Position numbers and translations under genes: made by a program. Below the pieces are notes generated by a model. The model did not search any database. It was not told where the DNA came from and saw nothing but the letters and a program-made list of their open reading frames with translations. This document shows positions 1 to 13,401 of a stretch of DNA of 64,000 nucleotides, piece by piece; the first letter of the stretch is position 1, and each line of letters begins with the position of its first letter. The DNA is from Paraspadella gotoi (Eukaryota; Animalia; Chaetognatha): NCBI GenBank assembly GCA_051294375.1, contig CM119271.1, positions 9,377,308 to 9,441,307 on the forward strand, in the 5' to 3' direction.

Positions 1-309
1 AAGTTACTACGACGCCTTTCCCTGCATTTTTTTCTTTTTTATTCTTCTTTTTTCTCATTCGTTTTCCTGAGTTTTAGATTTTTTTACAGTCGGAGTTCCT
101 TTTTTTCTTTTTCTCTGTTTTTATTGTCCTTTTGTTCAAAGGATCGAAAAACTTAGTCCGCGGGAGTAAAGAGAGATGAGACGTTAAAAATTTTTACCGT
201 TTTACGTCTGGGCCCAAAAGTTACGAACTTGTGGGAAGTAATCGTAGTATTATTGTTTAAAGTTTTACTAGTTTTTAAGTACAATAAAAGGGTAAATAAT
301 AGTATGTAC

Positions 310-410
310 GTGAGCGTCCTAAACAAAATTCTATTCACAGACCCCGGCGTCGCCATTGCATTGTTCACCGAATCCTTGATTGCGAAAGAAATTTGGCTTC
401 AATCGAAAAA
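310..410 (-). CDS. Probable internal exon of gene 1, duplicate copy (other copy about 12249-12356)
   Basis: Minus strand: CTTCCTTCTTTCTCCCAG acceptor, 101 nt, then a GTACAT donor. The two copies differ by indels, so the frame is unresolved (VFRLKPNFFRNQGFGEQCNGDAGVCE.. or FFVIEAKFLANQDSVNNAMATPGSVNRILFRTL). Confidence 0.45.
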
Positions 411-1089
411 CTGGGAGAAAGAAGGAAGACGATCTTGTGATTTAGTGAATTGGATAATATCCTCTCTCCTCCTCTCGTCTCTCTCCCTCCTCTCCTCTCT
501 CGCTCTCTCCTCTCTCTGCTCGTCTTCTTCTCTCTCTCCTCCTCTCTCTCTCTCTCTCAGCGTTCAACANNNNNNNNNNNNNNNNNNNNNNNNNNNNNNN
601 NNNNNNNNNNNNNNNNNNNNNNNNNNNNNNNNNNNNNNNNNNNNNNNNNNNNNNNNNNNNNNNNNNNNNNNNNNNNNNNNNNNNNNNNNNNNNNNNNNNN
701 NNNNNNNNNNNNNNNNNNNNNNNNNNNNNNNNNNNNNNNNNNNNNNNNNNNNNNNNNNACAAACCAAACGCGTTATGGGTTCCAGACGCTCAGGTTTTTA
801 TTATGTTTTCTTTATCGGGGACGTCGTTGTCCTGGTCGCAATTGAAAGACCCGCGAAAGGACAAACAGACTCAATGTCGCGAAAGGACAGAGGAACTCAA
901 TATTTCCGATATTTCGTGAATCTATAGTAGCGTCTATCGAGTGGAAAAAGATCAAAACCATCGGCGTATTCGAATGCTATATCGCAATTGCTATTGCCCA
1001 GGCACCAATGGAAGAGATATCGTGGCTTTCGCAGAGAAGCCTAGTTGCTCATTTATATCCTTTACTCTATCGGCTCTCGGCCCGTCTAG

Positions 1090-1610
1090 AGTTTCATTCG
1101 CCCCGTTCGGTTCCATCGCATTCCATCATGCGCCAATCCCGGTTTAATCCCGGTTCCATTCCGGCTCAATCCCACGTCCATCTCAGTTCAATCCCTATCG
1201 TTCCTCGCTTCGTCTCGGTTACGTTCCAGTTCAATCCATTTTTTAAAATTAAATTTTAAACTATCCCATCATTTTCAATCCAGATCCATATCAGTTTCAT
1301 CCCTGTTCATTCTCAGTTCTACTTCAACGTCGTATCAGTTTCATCCCGGCTCAGTCTCAGTTCCATTCCGTTTCTGATAACGGTTTAATCTCATTCATAA
1401 TTTTGGCGCCATATCAGTTGCTTCACTATTCCATATCAGTTCTATTACGTTTTCATTTTGACTCCATAAAAGTTCCACCCAAGCTCCCTCTCATGCCATT
1501 TCCATTCCGGTCTCATTCCTGCGCCATCCCACTTCCATTACGACGCCATATCAGTTCCATCCCAGTTCTATTCCGGTTCCATTTCAATTCCATCCCAACC
1601 GAATGATTCC
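1090..1610. repeat. Degenerate TTCCA/ATCCC/TCAGTT-rich cryptic satellite (second copy about 18310-18830)
   Basis: Recurrent GTTCCATTCC, TCAGTTTCATCCC and CCCGGTT motifs; G-poor on the + strand. Confidence 0.7.
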
Positions 1611-1903
1611 CTTTCCTTTTTCCCCTCAATTTTCGATGCTATCAAGAGAGAGAAAAAAATATCCTTTTTAACTCGATCGACCGCCCGGCGTGAGACTCTC
1701 TGAAAACCCTAGCGTCTCTTTTTTCTGTGTCTCTTCTCGTCCTCTCTCTCTCTCCTCTCTGCTCTCTTCTCTCTCTCTCTACCTCTCTCTCTCTCTTCTC
1801 TTCTCTCTCTCTCTCTTCTCTTCTTCTTCTCCTCTCTTTGCGCCAAACGAAAGCGCCACATTTCGATTCCCTCGCTCCCCTTTTTTGGTTGAAGTTCCTC
1901 TCG

Positions 1904-4220
1904 GAATGCGCCGGCCATTTCATTACCCACGGACCCGATTCAATTTGGCTCCAACTAACTTGGACCCGGTAGGAATCCAAAAAAAAAAAGGGAAAAAAAA
2001 AGCAATAAAAGGGAAAGAGTAATAAGGGAATGCATGAAAGTTGCTTAACTCTTTCTTTTCTTTTCAAACGTAACTTTGCAACCAACCGTTGCTCTTTTTT
2101 TTTTGCCACCGGGCGAATTGTTATACTTCTGTTGCACTTTTAGAGGGTCAGGAGATTGGCCGACGGGGGTCAGTTCGGATAACGAATATCTCTGTACAAG
2201 AGTTGTTACGAAAAAAAAACAAACAAAAGGCATAGACAGATGGTAAGATTCCAGCGACGAGTTACACATCCTCCCGAGGCTATTTTGAAGCTATAAATCA
2301 CAGAGCTTTTTTATATATTAGTAGTTCTCACATTCTTTTTTGTATTTTCCTTCCGGAGCAAGCCGGGTATTTTCTTTCTTTCTCGTTCTCTTCTCGTTCT
2401 CTTACCTTTTTTTTCATTTCTTTCTTTCTTTCTTACTTTCTTTTCCTTCTTTTATTATTTTTTCTTTCGATTCTTATCTTTTCCTCTTTTCGTTTCTACG
2501 CTCTTCCATTCTTGGTGGGTTCCTTTCTTTCCCTGCTCCTCTGTCCTCTCTCTCGCTCTCTCTCTCATCTCGTTCTCTCTCTCTCTCTCTCCTCTCTCTC
2601 TGCTCTCTCTCTCTCTTCTCTCTCTCTCTCTCCCTTTGGCATGACGCACAAATCCCGCCCCGTTACAAAAGAGCCAATAAAAATCAGACACACCACGCCG
2701 AAAACAAGGGCAACTATGGGATCGTGGATTGCCTTGTTTGCTTTTCATCACGCGCCGACAGCGGATGCGCCCCTCGGTTGCGCCAAACGCGCACTCAGTC
2801 GCACTGCTCAGACGACAACCTCTTGTCTCTTACGAAAGACCAAACAGCGGATTACCCGAACGCGAATGGCGGAGGGTCATAGATGCGGATCACCTGCGGA
2901 CGCACAACTCGTTCTCCTCGTCCTCCCTTCCCTTCCTCCCTCCTCTCTCTCTCCTCATCTCTTCTCTCGTCTCTCTTCGTCTTCTCTCTTTTCTTCTCTC
3001 CTCCTCTCTTCTCTCTCTCTCTCTCTCTCTCTACTCTCTCTGCTTCTGCTCCTCTCTCTCTCTCTCTCTCTGCCTCCTTCCGTTGCACTCTTCCTTCCCC
3101 AAAATCTTTATTTTCTCAAGCTATATAGTTTTATTGACAGGAAAACTATTTTTGTAGCCATTTCATAGAATTTTCCAGAACGTTCTTTTTTTGGATTATG
3201 GTGACATAGCAATAAAATGCATAATCTCGCTTTTAACGTAGCCTAAAATCCCGGATTTTATTGTCTTCTTTTTTTTTTTAAGTCGGACCAACGAAGTTAA
3301 TAACAAGAGTCAAAAACAATATCTGTTGCTCTTGACATTTATAGCCGTCGATACGTTTAGCAGATCGGACCGCGCGCTCTTTTTTTCCCACGTACATAAT
3401 TGACCCGGAAACGGAAAAAAAAACAATAACAAAATAAGAGAAGGAAATTGGTTATGAAAAAATTATTTTAGCGGTTCAGTTTATGTGTCTCGTCAAATCT
3501 TAATATCCAAGGGAGAACGGCGAGGATACAATTACAAATTCAAATCACTTTGTCAGTCATTAAGAAATGAGTTTCCTCGGTCTGTTTCTNNNNNNNNNNG
3601 AATCGCGCCGGCCATTTCATGTACCCACGGACCCGATTCAATTTGCTCAATAACTTGGACCCGTGGATCCAAAAAAAAAAGGGAAAAAAAAAGAATAAAA
3701 GGAAAGAGTAATAAGGAATTCATGAAGTCATCTTATCTTCTTTCTTTTCAAACTAATTTTGCAACCAACGTTGCTCTTTTTTTTTTTGCACCGGCGAATT
3801 GTTACTTTGTTGCACTTTAGGGGTCGAGAGATTGCCGCGGGGGTCAGTTTCGGTAACAATATCTCATTACAAGAGTTGTTACGAAAAAAACAAACAAAAG
3901 GCATAGACAGATGGTAAGATTCCAGCGACGAGTTACACATCCCCGAGCTATTTTGGAAGCTATAAATCACAGAGCTTTTTTAATATATTAGTAGTTCTCA
4001 CATTCTTTTTTTTATTTTCTTCCGGACAATGGGTATTTTCTTTCTTTCTTTCTTTCTTTCTTTCTTTCGATCTTTCTTTCTTTCTTTCTTTCTTTATTTA
4101 TTTTTTTCTTTCGATCTTTCTTTTTTCTTTCTTTCTTTTCGTCTTCTTCTTGCCTGGGTCCTTTTTTCTCCCTGCTTCCTCTGCTCTCTCTCTCTCTCTC
4201 TCCTCTCTCTCCTCTCTCTT

Positions 4221-4263
<43 letters not shown>

Positions 4264-4472
4264 TGGATACGAAATCCCCCGTTAAAAAACAGACAACACC
4301 ACGAAACAAGGAATGGATGTTGATTGCCTTGTTTGCTTTTCTCGGCCGGTTGCAAGCGACTGGGACTTGTTTACGAAAACCAAAGCGATTCCGAACGGAA
4401 TGGGGGTCAATGCGGATCACCTGCGGACGCAATCGTCTCTCTCTCTCCTCTCTCGTCTCTCTCTCCTCTCTC

Positions 4473-4542
<70 letters not shown>

Positions 4543-5037
4543 TCTTCGTTGCACTTTTCCAAAATCCTTTATTTCTCAAGCGTTTTATTGACAGGAAAAC
4601 TATTTTTGTAGCCATTTCATAGAATTTCCAGAACGTTCTTTTTTTGGATTATGGTGACATAGCAATAAAATGCATAATCTCGCTTTTAACGTAGCCTAAA
4701 ATCCCGGATTTTATTGTCTTCTTTTTTTTTTTAAGTCGGAGACCAACGAAGTTAAATAACAAGAGTCAAAAACAATATCTGTTGCTCTTGACATTTATAG
4801 CCGTCGATACGTTTTAGCGATCGGACCGCGCGCTCTTTTTTCCCGTACATAATTGACCCGGAAAACGGAAAAAAAAAAACAATAACAAAATAAGGAAGGA
4901 AATTGGTTATGAAAAAATTATTTTAGCGGTTCAGTTTATGTGTCTCGTCAAATCTTAATATCCAAGGGAGAACGGCGAGGATACAATTACAAATTCAAAT
5001 CACTTTGTCAGTCATTAAGAAATGAGTTTCCTCGGTC

Positions 5038-5044
<7 letters not shown>
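1904..5044 (+). repeat. Local tandem duplication (1904-3589 noisy copy, 3600-5044 cleaner copy) across a 10-N gap; likely assembly artefact
   Basis: Both copies begin GAAT(C)GCGCCGGCCATTT and end CTCGGTCTGTTTCT. The segment is single in the 18.3-21.9 kb copy. Confidence 0.85.
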
Positions 5045-5120
<76 letters not shown>

Positions 5121-5294
5121 TCTCTTCTCTCTCTCGCAACAGTAGGCGATGTTTATGTATTTGTAGCGAAAGAAGGAAACGAGTTTTTTTTTTCCGACAG
5201 GAAAAAAGTCATTAAGAAATTTATGCCTCATATAAAAAATGTAGGATCGTCTCATCGCTTCTTATTAAGAGATACTAACGCACTCTTCTCTCTG

Positions 5295-5325
<31 letters not shown>

Positions 5326-5487
5326 TTTTCTCTCTCTTTTAAGTTTCTGTCTTTCTCTGAGTCCGTTTCCTATGCTTCCTTTTCTCTTACCTCTCTCTCT
5401 CTCACTCTCTCTCTCTCTCTCTCTCTGTCCCTCTCTCTCTCTCCCTCTCTCTCTCTCCTCTCCCAACTCTCCCCCCATAGCACCTAC

Positions 5488-5641
5488 CTCTGGCCATGTT
5501 GCATAGAATTGACGGCGTGATTGAAACTTCGCCGCCAGGGGACGCCCTCGTCAACGCCGGAGACGACGACATGTTGGGCGGTGGAGGCGGAAGCGAAGAT
5601 GGTGGCGGTGGTGGCCGGGTGTTGCTTTGGGTGGGTGGCGC
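5488..5641 (-). pseudogene. Frameshifted duplicate of gene 1 exon 21028-21179 (sequencing error or decayed copy)
   Basis: Near-identical to 21028-21179 but with two 1-nt homopolymer insertions (GAAAC, CAGGGG) and an altered donor. Confidence 0.55.
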
Positions 5642-6399
5642 CTGGAGGTAGTTGAAGGGGGGTTTGGGATGTGAAGGGGATGAAGACTAGATTTTAAAAA
5701 AATACTTTCACTCTCGCTTCAATTTCAAATAAACATTAATTTTTTTACTCCCTTTTTCCTGAGCGTCCAATTTCTGTTCTTTATATCTAGAATTAAATTT
5801 GAATATATATATTTAACCTAAATAAGTTTTAAACTTTTGACCCAATTCTTAACCCTAAACCAGAACCCAAATACCTAACCTTGAATATTAACTTAATTCT
5901 TAACCTTATTCCCCAACCTAATCTCTAACCTTTACCTCTTACCTAATTTGTAAACTTAAAAAATTAACCTTATTCCGAATTTCAGATGAAATGGGGCTTT
6001 TTCAGACCATAAAGCCAATTTTTTTTCACCAAAATCGAATGTAGGAAGAAAACCTTTCACCCTTATCTCTGAATTGGTTTTAAAACATTTAGAAAATCTT
6101 GTTTTAAAAATGTATTTCAATCCAATTCTGACAGGGAATGAAAATATTTTAAGATTTCTTTTTTTTTGGGGGGGTAACGATTTTCGATTTTATTCAAGGA
6201 TAAGAAAAATACATTTTATAATTCTTTCAACGCGAAAAAAAATATGGAAAAGTGCTTCTTTTCTCCTTCAAAGACCAAGAAGTCTCCATTGCAACCAGAA
6301 AAAAATAATTCTTGCCAACTTGAATTTTTTTTTAAGTTTTTTTTTTTTCAGGTGTTGAAATGTTTGAAGATACNNNNNNNNNNNNNNNNNNNNNNNNNG

Positions 6400-6800
6400 A
6401 CGTCGCATCACCAGTGCCTCTCCCATCACGCATCGTAAATTGCCATTTGCCGTCGCCATCGCCAATGCCATCCAAGTCGCCATCAGTCAGTGCCATCCCG
6501 TCGAGCCATCGCCAAATTGCATTGCACTGTGGCCATCTCAATTGCCATATCAAGTCGCCATCACCAGTGCTCCCGTCGCCCTCGTAATTGCCCATGGGCC
6601 GTCGCCATCGCCAAATGCCATCCAGTCGCCATCATCATATAGCCATAGCCCGTCGCCATCGCCAAATTGCCATTGCGTCGCCATCGCCAATCGCCCCATC
6701 CACAGTCGCATCAATCAGTGACATAACCCCGTCGTCATCGCCAAATTGCAATATGCTGTCTCCATCGCCAATGGCCACGCCTCTTTCGCCGCCTTCATAT
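6400..6800. repeat. GC-rich degenerate tandem repeat, core GTCGCCATCGCCAAATTGC
   Basis: Many recurrences of TCGCCATC(G/A)CCA with variable spacing. Confidence 0.8.
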
Positions 6801-9620
6801 TTTCCTACTCGCTGAAAATCCTTTATTCCGCCAAACGATATCTTCGCCGGTGGAGGGACTCTCTCTACTCTCTCTCATCTCTCTCTCTCACTCATTCCTC
6901 TCTCGTCTCTCTCTCTCTCTCCTCTCTCTCTAGCTGCTCTCGCGAATAATATCCACATAAGACTTTTCCCCAACAGTTTTTTGGTAAAAAGCCACGAAGA
7001 CTTTTTTAAAAATGAACAAAAACAACAATTAATAAACTCTATGATTTCTAGAATCTCAACCCGCTAAACATTTAATCTCTTTCACTTTCTAGAACTCGTG
7101 GAGCTCCGCTTTAGAGACCGCCTTCTCATTCCGTCGGAAGCGCGATGTGGAAGAAAAAATAATCGACAAAATTCAATTTTATTGAAAAAAGAAAGAAAAT
7201 ATAGTAGACTTTTTTAAAAAAAAATAAAGTTTTCCGCTACTTTTTTTCCATCTTTACATTCATATTTCCGTAGGTTTTCATTTTAAATAATTTCCTTTTT
7301 TTTTCTCCTCAGACGGTCTCTCTTCCAACAACGTTTTTCCTTTTCCTCTTCTTAATTTCTTTCCGACGTTCCTCCTTATTTTCTTTTTCCCGTCCTTTTT
7401 TTTCCATCCATTTCCCTGGTGACCCATTGCCGCTCTCCTTTCCCTCTTGGCGCTTATTCAAATCTTTCTGACGGTTTCATATCCCGCTAACTGCGATTTC
7501 ACCGAATTGACCAAAAATTGTTAAATTTTGTATTATTCGCGGCTTTGAATTGTACTACAGGTTCGCTTATACTTATAGTTATAGTTATAAAAAAAAAACA
7601 CGCCCAGAAATGTAACTAAAATTTTAACCCAAAGCTTTCGAGCTTAGAAACTGACAAAAAAAAAAAAGTTTACGAGAAGAAAACGGGATGGGAAAGCCGG
7701 TCGCTAGGCAACCGTCGCCATTTTGTCCGTCTTACAACGGCGGAAGACACGAAGAGAAAAAAATCACCCCCGATCGGCGAGAGGGTAAGAGGTTTGAAAA
7801 TCGGGTGAGTGGGGGAAGAGAAGGGGTGTTAGGGGTAAAGGGGACAGGGGGGTTATTATACGAAAATTTGGAAATTGGGGCTCGAGAGTAAGTTTGGGAG
7901 GCGAAAGGGATAGAGAAAGATTGTATAGAGAAGAAAGAGGACAGGGGATTAAGAGAAGAGATAGAGGTAAGTCAAGGAGAGAGAAGAGAGGACATGAAAA
8001 AAAGGGAGAGGAGAGAGAGAGAGGGAGAATGACAAAGAGAAGAGAATGATAACAGAGAGAATGGAGAGGACAAATACTGAGAAGTCGTAAGAAGAGCGAA
8101 TTGAAGGCAGGGTAGGGGCATATGAGGTAAGTGAGAGAGCAAAATAAGAGGAACAGGGAAGCGAAAGGTAAGGAATAAAGTCAGTCAAAGGTGGTGGAGG
8201 AAAGGAAAGTGAAAACGAAACTGGCTTGAGTGAGGATTCGAAATTTATGGGGGAACGAAAGTTGTGGTAAAAGGGGAAAGGGGAATCGAAGAGGGGATTG
8301 GGGATCGAATAGGGGGATATGGGGATCCCAAAGGAATAAACGGAAAATGCCGAGGAACCCAAGTCCCCGATCCTTTTTTTTCGGCACTCTCTCTCTACAG
8401 TGGGATGATTCGTCTATCTGTTGTTTCGAAATTTCTCAGAAAATGAACCTAATTTTTTTCTAAAATAAAACTCGATACTAAAATTGTCTCCATTCCTTCT
8501 TTCCTTCTTTTAGCTTTTTCATGTTCCTTTTACTCTCTCTCTCCTCTCCTCTCTCCTCCTATATATATATATATATTATATATAATATTATCCTCTCCAT
8601 TCTCTCTCTCATCTCTCTCTCTCAGTCTCTCTCTCTCTCTCCTCTCTCTCTCATCTCTCTCTCTCTCTTCTCTCTCCGCCCTTTGCCCTCCAAAAAGTCC
8701 AGTGGACCTTAAAAAAAAAGGACAATTTTTTCTATGCCGAATTAGGTTTTAAATTCCGCCAACTTTTTCCCCCTCCCCTCTCAGTCCTCATCTCACTCTC
8801 TCTCTGTCTCCTCTCTCTCATCTCTCTCTCTCTCTCTCTCTCCCCTCTCTCAGTGACCTTTTCATTTGCTTAATTCGATTCTTTCACTTTGAAACAAACA
8901 GAAGCGAAAGGGAAATCTTTTTTTTTTTCATCTTCACAGCAAAGACGTCCGTCGGTAGTCGTCGTCGTCGTCGATCTTCGCTGTTGTGTCTCAATTATCG
9001 TCGTCTTTCTCGTCGTCCTTACCGTTGACCTCGTCGTCTCCCCACCGACTGCTCACCCGGGCCATCCATCATTGTCATTCACATCTCTAATTTCGATGTC
9101 ACAAATACCTGACACATCACCGTTAAATTGCCGGTTCCACCCGATTTCCTTTGTGTTATCTTCCTATCGTCGTCGTCGTCATCGGCGTCGGATTGCCTCC
9201 GAGGTCTGTTTTTATTTCAATCGTTATCATGTCGTCATCGTCAATCGTCTTCGTCGTCCATGCTTTGTATTCTCTTACTACCGAATAAATTTTTCCTTTG
9301 CTTTCAATTTGCTGAGAAATCCCTTCGCTTCCCTCCTACCTCCTCCTCCTCCTCCGTCCTCCGCCCTCTCCCCCCCTTTCGCTTCCCTCTCTCTTCCTCC
9401 CCTCTTCCTCCTTCTCCTTCACCCCTCTCCCCTTTGCTCCTCCTCCTCCCCCTCCTCTCCCCCCTTGTCGCTTCCTCCCTTTCCTCCTCTCCCTCCTCCT
9501 CCTGCCAACTCCCTTCACCCCCCTTGCGCTTCCCGGGTAAGGAAAAAGGTTAGTTACTCACTCACTTTTCCCCGAGAGCAATAAAAGAAGCTCAAAAAAT
9601 TTCTTTTCATCTCCCGTCCG

Positions 9621-9920
9621 AGTTTTGCCGCAAGAGAGCGTCTTTTACGCAAGACGAGCGTCCTTTTGCCGCAAGAGAAACGCTTTTGGCCGCAAGAGAG
9701 CGTCTTTTGCCGCAAGAGAACGTCTTTTTTTGCCGCAAGAGGAGCGTCTTTTTTCCGCAAGAGAGCGTCTTTTGCCGCAAGAGAGCGGTCTTTTGGCCGG
9801 CAAGATGAGCGTTTTTGCCGCGAAGAGAGCGTCTTTTGCCGCAAGAGAATGTCTTTTTGCCGTCAAGAGAGCGTCTTTGCGCGCAGAGAGCGGTCTTTTT
9901 GGCCGCACAGCAGAGCGTCT
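9621..9920. repeat. Minisatellite with about 20-bp unit TTTTGCCGCAAGAGAGCGTC, roughly 14 copies
   Basis: Head-to-tail units are visible directly, with no unique spacers. Confidence 0.92.
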
Positions 9921-10059
9921 AGCTTCTTTCACTGCGCGTCGTTAATTATTAATATTCCCACAATGAGCAAACTTTTTAAATTTCATTGCATAACTGTACT
10001 GATAACAAGCGCGTCGAAAGTGAGTTATTTTTCACAAAGCGCCCTCTCTCCTATCTCAC

Positions 10060-10140
10060 TTGGTAACGCCAAGGCTGCAACGAACGTCGAAGTGACTTCA
10101 GCGACGGTGAGATTCTGACGCAATATTGCAGATGGAAATC
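10060..10140 (-). CDS. Probable exon of gene 1 (DFHLQYCVRISPSLKSLRRSLQPWRYQ)
   Basis: Acceptor CTCCTTGCCCTTCCCAAAG, donor GTGAGA, 81 nt. Open in phase 0, matching the phase-0 end of exon 11406-11461. Confidence 0.5.
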
Positions 10141-10720
10141 CTTTGGGAAGGGCAAGGAGATCTTTCATTTCATGGTTTACAAATGGGGAGAGAAGATTTG
10201 ACCGGCTCTCTCTCCTCTCTTCTCTCGTCTCTCTTCTCTCTCCATCTCTCTCTCTCGGTCTCTCTCAGTCTCTCTCTCTCTCTCTCTCTCTCTCTTTATC
10301 TCACACAATGCCGGTCACGCTTCCTTATAACATAAGGTCAGGGAAAAGAATGAAAGGAAAATGCTCTCTCTCTCTCTCTCGTTCTCTCCTTCCTTCTCTC
10401 TCTCTCTCTCTCTCTCTCTCCTCCCTCTCTCTCTCTCTCTCTCTGCTCTCTTTCCGCTGAAATTTAAACAGCCCCGAACAAATCAACTGTTGTTGATATT
10501 TTCGGAAAAAAACATAACATAACATAAAAAAATATTCAAAAACAATTTGGAAAAATAATAAATTGACATTTAAAAGTCAAGAAATACAAATTACATAGAA
10601 AAACCAATCGGAAATAGTATATTTTTATTATAATTTTTTTCATTCCGCTTTTTCCCTCTCGTTTTCGGATCGTCCGAGGCGAAGCCTCCCCTCGCATTTT
10701 TGCATAATTCGGTTGAGAGA

Positions 10721-10789
<69 letters not shown>

Positions 10790-11405
10790 GGAGAGAATGA
10801 GAGAGAAGACAGACAGACAGACAGACATGTAAAAGAAAGAAAAGTAAGAAAAGAAAATTCTAAGGGGGGCAAAAAAAATGAACATTTTACCCCCGGGAAG
10901 CGAAAATAATCCGCGTTAATAGAGAAAACGGCGACTCAAAGTGCGGTGGAGTTATGAGAGGGGAAAGGGAGCCGTTTAGGGGGCGGGGGTGGGAGTATTG
11001 GAGCGAGCGGGGGGGTAGGGAAAGGGGGGCCTCGCTCGGCGGGCGACTGCGAAGCGCAAATCTCGGTAAAAAGGGGGCACGTTAAAAAACCGCGGTCGTG
11101 AAGGAGGGCGAGAGGCACTCTGGAGGATCCACTCGAGACGATTCTCCGATTTTAACCTTCCCACTTTTAAGGCCCTCCCAAAAGCAAGCAGTGCTTGACC
11201 CCTGAATCAAGCAAAACTTGACCCCTAAGTCGAGGAAAAATTTGGACGACAAATGAAGAAGAGTTTGGAAGAAATAAAGAGGAAAAAAAAATGGCCAAGT
11301 GGTTTAGCTATCCTGTATTTCATTGAAGGTCGAAACCGTAAAAAGAAGCCAAAGTAAGTTCACAGGGCAACTTACACTTTTCTATATCCACAACCTTTTC
11401 CTTAC

Positions 11406-11461
11406 CCCCAGCAGGAGGAGAATTTTACTTCCGCCTCTATCAACCTCCCGCCCTTTCGTCG
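11406..11461 (-). CDS. Probable exon of gene 1 (xTKGREVDRGGSKILLLLG)
   Basis: Acceptor GGTTTTGCAG, donor G|GTAAGG, 56 nt; open phase 1 in, phase 0 out. Confidence 0.55.
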
Positions 11462-11487
11462 CTGCAAAACCATACACTTTCCTCTTT

Positions 11488-12000
11488 CTCCCAGGAACGC
11501 GAGGCCACGGGTCTGGCGTTCCAAAAGTTACTACGACCGGTTTCCCTGCATTTTTTTCTTTTCTTTTTTCTTTTTTCTTTTTTTCTTTTTTTTTTCTTTT
11601 TTCTTTTGTTTTTTTTGTTTTTTTCATTTTTTTTTTTTTTTCTTTTCTTTTTCTCTTTTTTTCTTCTTTTTTCTTTCTCCCAGGAACGACGAGGCACGCT
11701 TCCAAAGTTACTTCGACGCGTTTCCCCTGCATTTTTTTCTTTTTCTTTTCTTTTTTCTTTTCTTTTTCTTTTTTTCTTTTTTTTTTTCTCCTGTTTTCTT
11801 TTCTTTCTTTTCTGTTTTCTTTTTTCTCTTTTTTTTCTTGTTCCTTCTTTTTGTTCTTCTTTTTTTTTTTTTTCTTTTTTTTTTTCTTATTTTCTTTTTT
11901 CTTTTCCTCCCAGGAACGACGAGGCACGCGTTCCAAAAGTTCTAACACGGGCCTTTCCCTGCATTTTTTTTCGTTTTTTTTATTCTTCTTTTTTTTCAAT
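11488..12000. repeat. Tandem repeat of about 200 bp, 3 copies: a unique core of about 60 bp plus a T/C-rich tract
   Basis: Core CTCCCAGGAACGACGAGGCACGCGTTCCAAAAGTTACTACGACGCGTTTCCCTGCA at about 11488, 11677 and 11907. Part of the core also opens the window at base 1. Confidence 0.88.
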
Positions 12001-12248
12001 TCGTTTCCCTGAGTTTTAGATTTTTTACAGTCGGTTCCTTTTTTTTTTCTTTTTCTCTTTTTTTATTGTCACTTTTGTTCAAGGATGAAAACTTAGTCCG
12101 CCGGGAGTAAAGAGAATGGGACGGTTAAAAATTTTTACCGTTCTTACGTCTGGCCCAAAGTTTACGGAACTTGTGGGAAGTAACGTAGATTATTGTTTTA
12201 AAAGTTTTACTTAGTTTGTAAGTAAATAAAAGGGTATAAGTATGATAC

Positions 12249-12356
12249 GTGAGCGTCCTAAACCCAAAATTCTAATTACACAGACTGCCGGCGTACGCCA
12301 TTTGCATTGTTCACCGAGTCCTGATTGGCGAGAAATTTGGCTTCAATCACGAAAAA
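12249..12356 (-). CDS. Probable exon of gene 1, indel-noisy (cleaner copy at 310-410)
   Basis: Polypyrimidine acceptor TCTTTCTTTTCTCCCAG and a GTAT donor; frame ambiguous. Confidence 0.4.
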
Positions 12357-12605
12357 CTGGGAGAAAAGAAAGAGACGATTTCTTGTGATCTTATGAAATT
12401 GGATATATACTTTCTTTCTTTTCCTTTCTTTCTTTCTTTCTTCTTTGTCTTTTCTTTCTTTCTTTCTTTCTTTCCTTTCTTTGATCTTTCCTGTTCCTTC
12501 TTTCTTTCCTTCTTTCTTTTTTTCGTCTCTCCTCCTACTAGCCCCCAGAGATTGCTCAGCATCCTGAAACCCAAGGAAAGTAAAGAGTCCGCTTTCTCAA
12601 AATGT

Positions 12606-12644
<39 letters not shown>

Positions 12645-13401
12645 GTCTCTCTCTCTCTCTCTCTCTCCCGCTTCAAAACCAGACGCGTTTAACTGGGTTC
12701 CAGACGGCTCAGGTTTTTATTTATGTTTTCTTTATCGGGGACGTCGTTGTCCTGGTCGCAATTGAAAGACTCGCGCAAGGACAAACAGACTCAATGTGTC
12801 GCGAAAGGCAGAGGAACTCAATATTTCCGATATTTCGTGAATCTATAGAAAGAGTTTATCGGAGTGGTAAAAAGACAAAACCCATCGGCGTATCGAATGC
12901 TATATCGCAATTGCTATTTACCCACGCACCAATGGAAGAGATTCGTGGCTTTCGCAAAGAAGCCGGATTGCTCATTTATATCCTTTTATCCTATCTGGGG
13001 CTGCAATCGTTTCGAAACTAGACGTATTTACTATATAAATTTTGGTATCGTTAAGAGAATGGCGAAATTAGCCGAAATCCTAAATTTCATAAGAAAATCG
13101 GACTAAGCGTTCAAAAGTAATCACAGCAAAAAAAGAACCGCGAAAAACCGGCTGTCTCGGCGGATCAACTCGCCACTATTTAAAGCGATCCGTTTTTTGG
13201 TTCTACAAAGAAAGTACTTACGTAGTTAAATCATTAGAAGCCGAATTTTAGCCTAAGCTTTGTTTGCGTATCCGGGCTCATAAGATAATGAAAAAAAACC
13301 GTAGACTCAGCGGATCATAAGAATACCGAAGTAATAAAATAAGGTGAAGATACATTTATTTTTGAACGATATAATGAAAATACTTTGTTACGGCCGGTCC
13401 A

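Larger units (their letters stand above)
1..6368 (+). repeat. Second copy (segmental duplicate or uncollapsed haplotype) of 11937-21900, lacking the 5.3-kb insertion
   Basis: 1-1071 aligns by eye to 11937-12995 and 1071-6368 to about 18290-21900, with scattered small indels. The copy ends at a short N gap (6374-6398). Confidence 0.92.

Noticed and set aside
9621-9920. CRISPR-like regular repeats (also 6400-6800 and 11488-12000)
   Set aside because: No unique spacers, no cas genes and a eukaryotic context; these are ordinary minisatellites.
11406-11461. KILLLLG resembles the strand before the P-loop of G-alpha or small GTPases
   Set aside because: No following exon with GxxxxGK(S/T) was found; the in-phase next exon reads DFHLQY.
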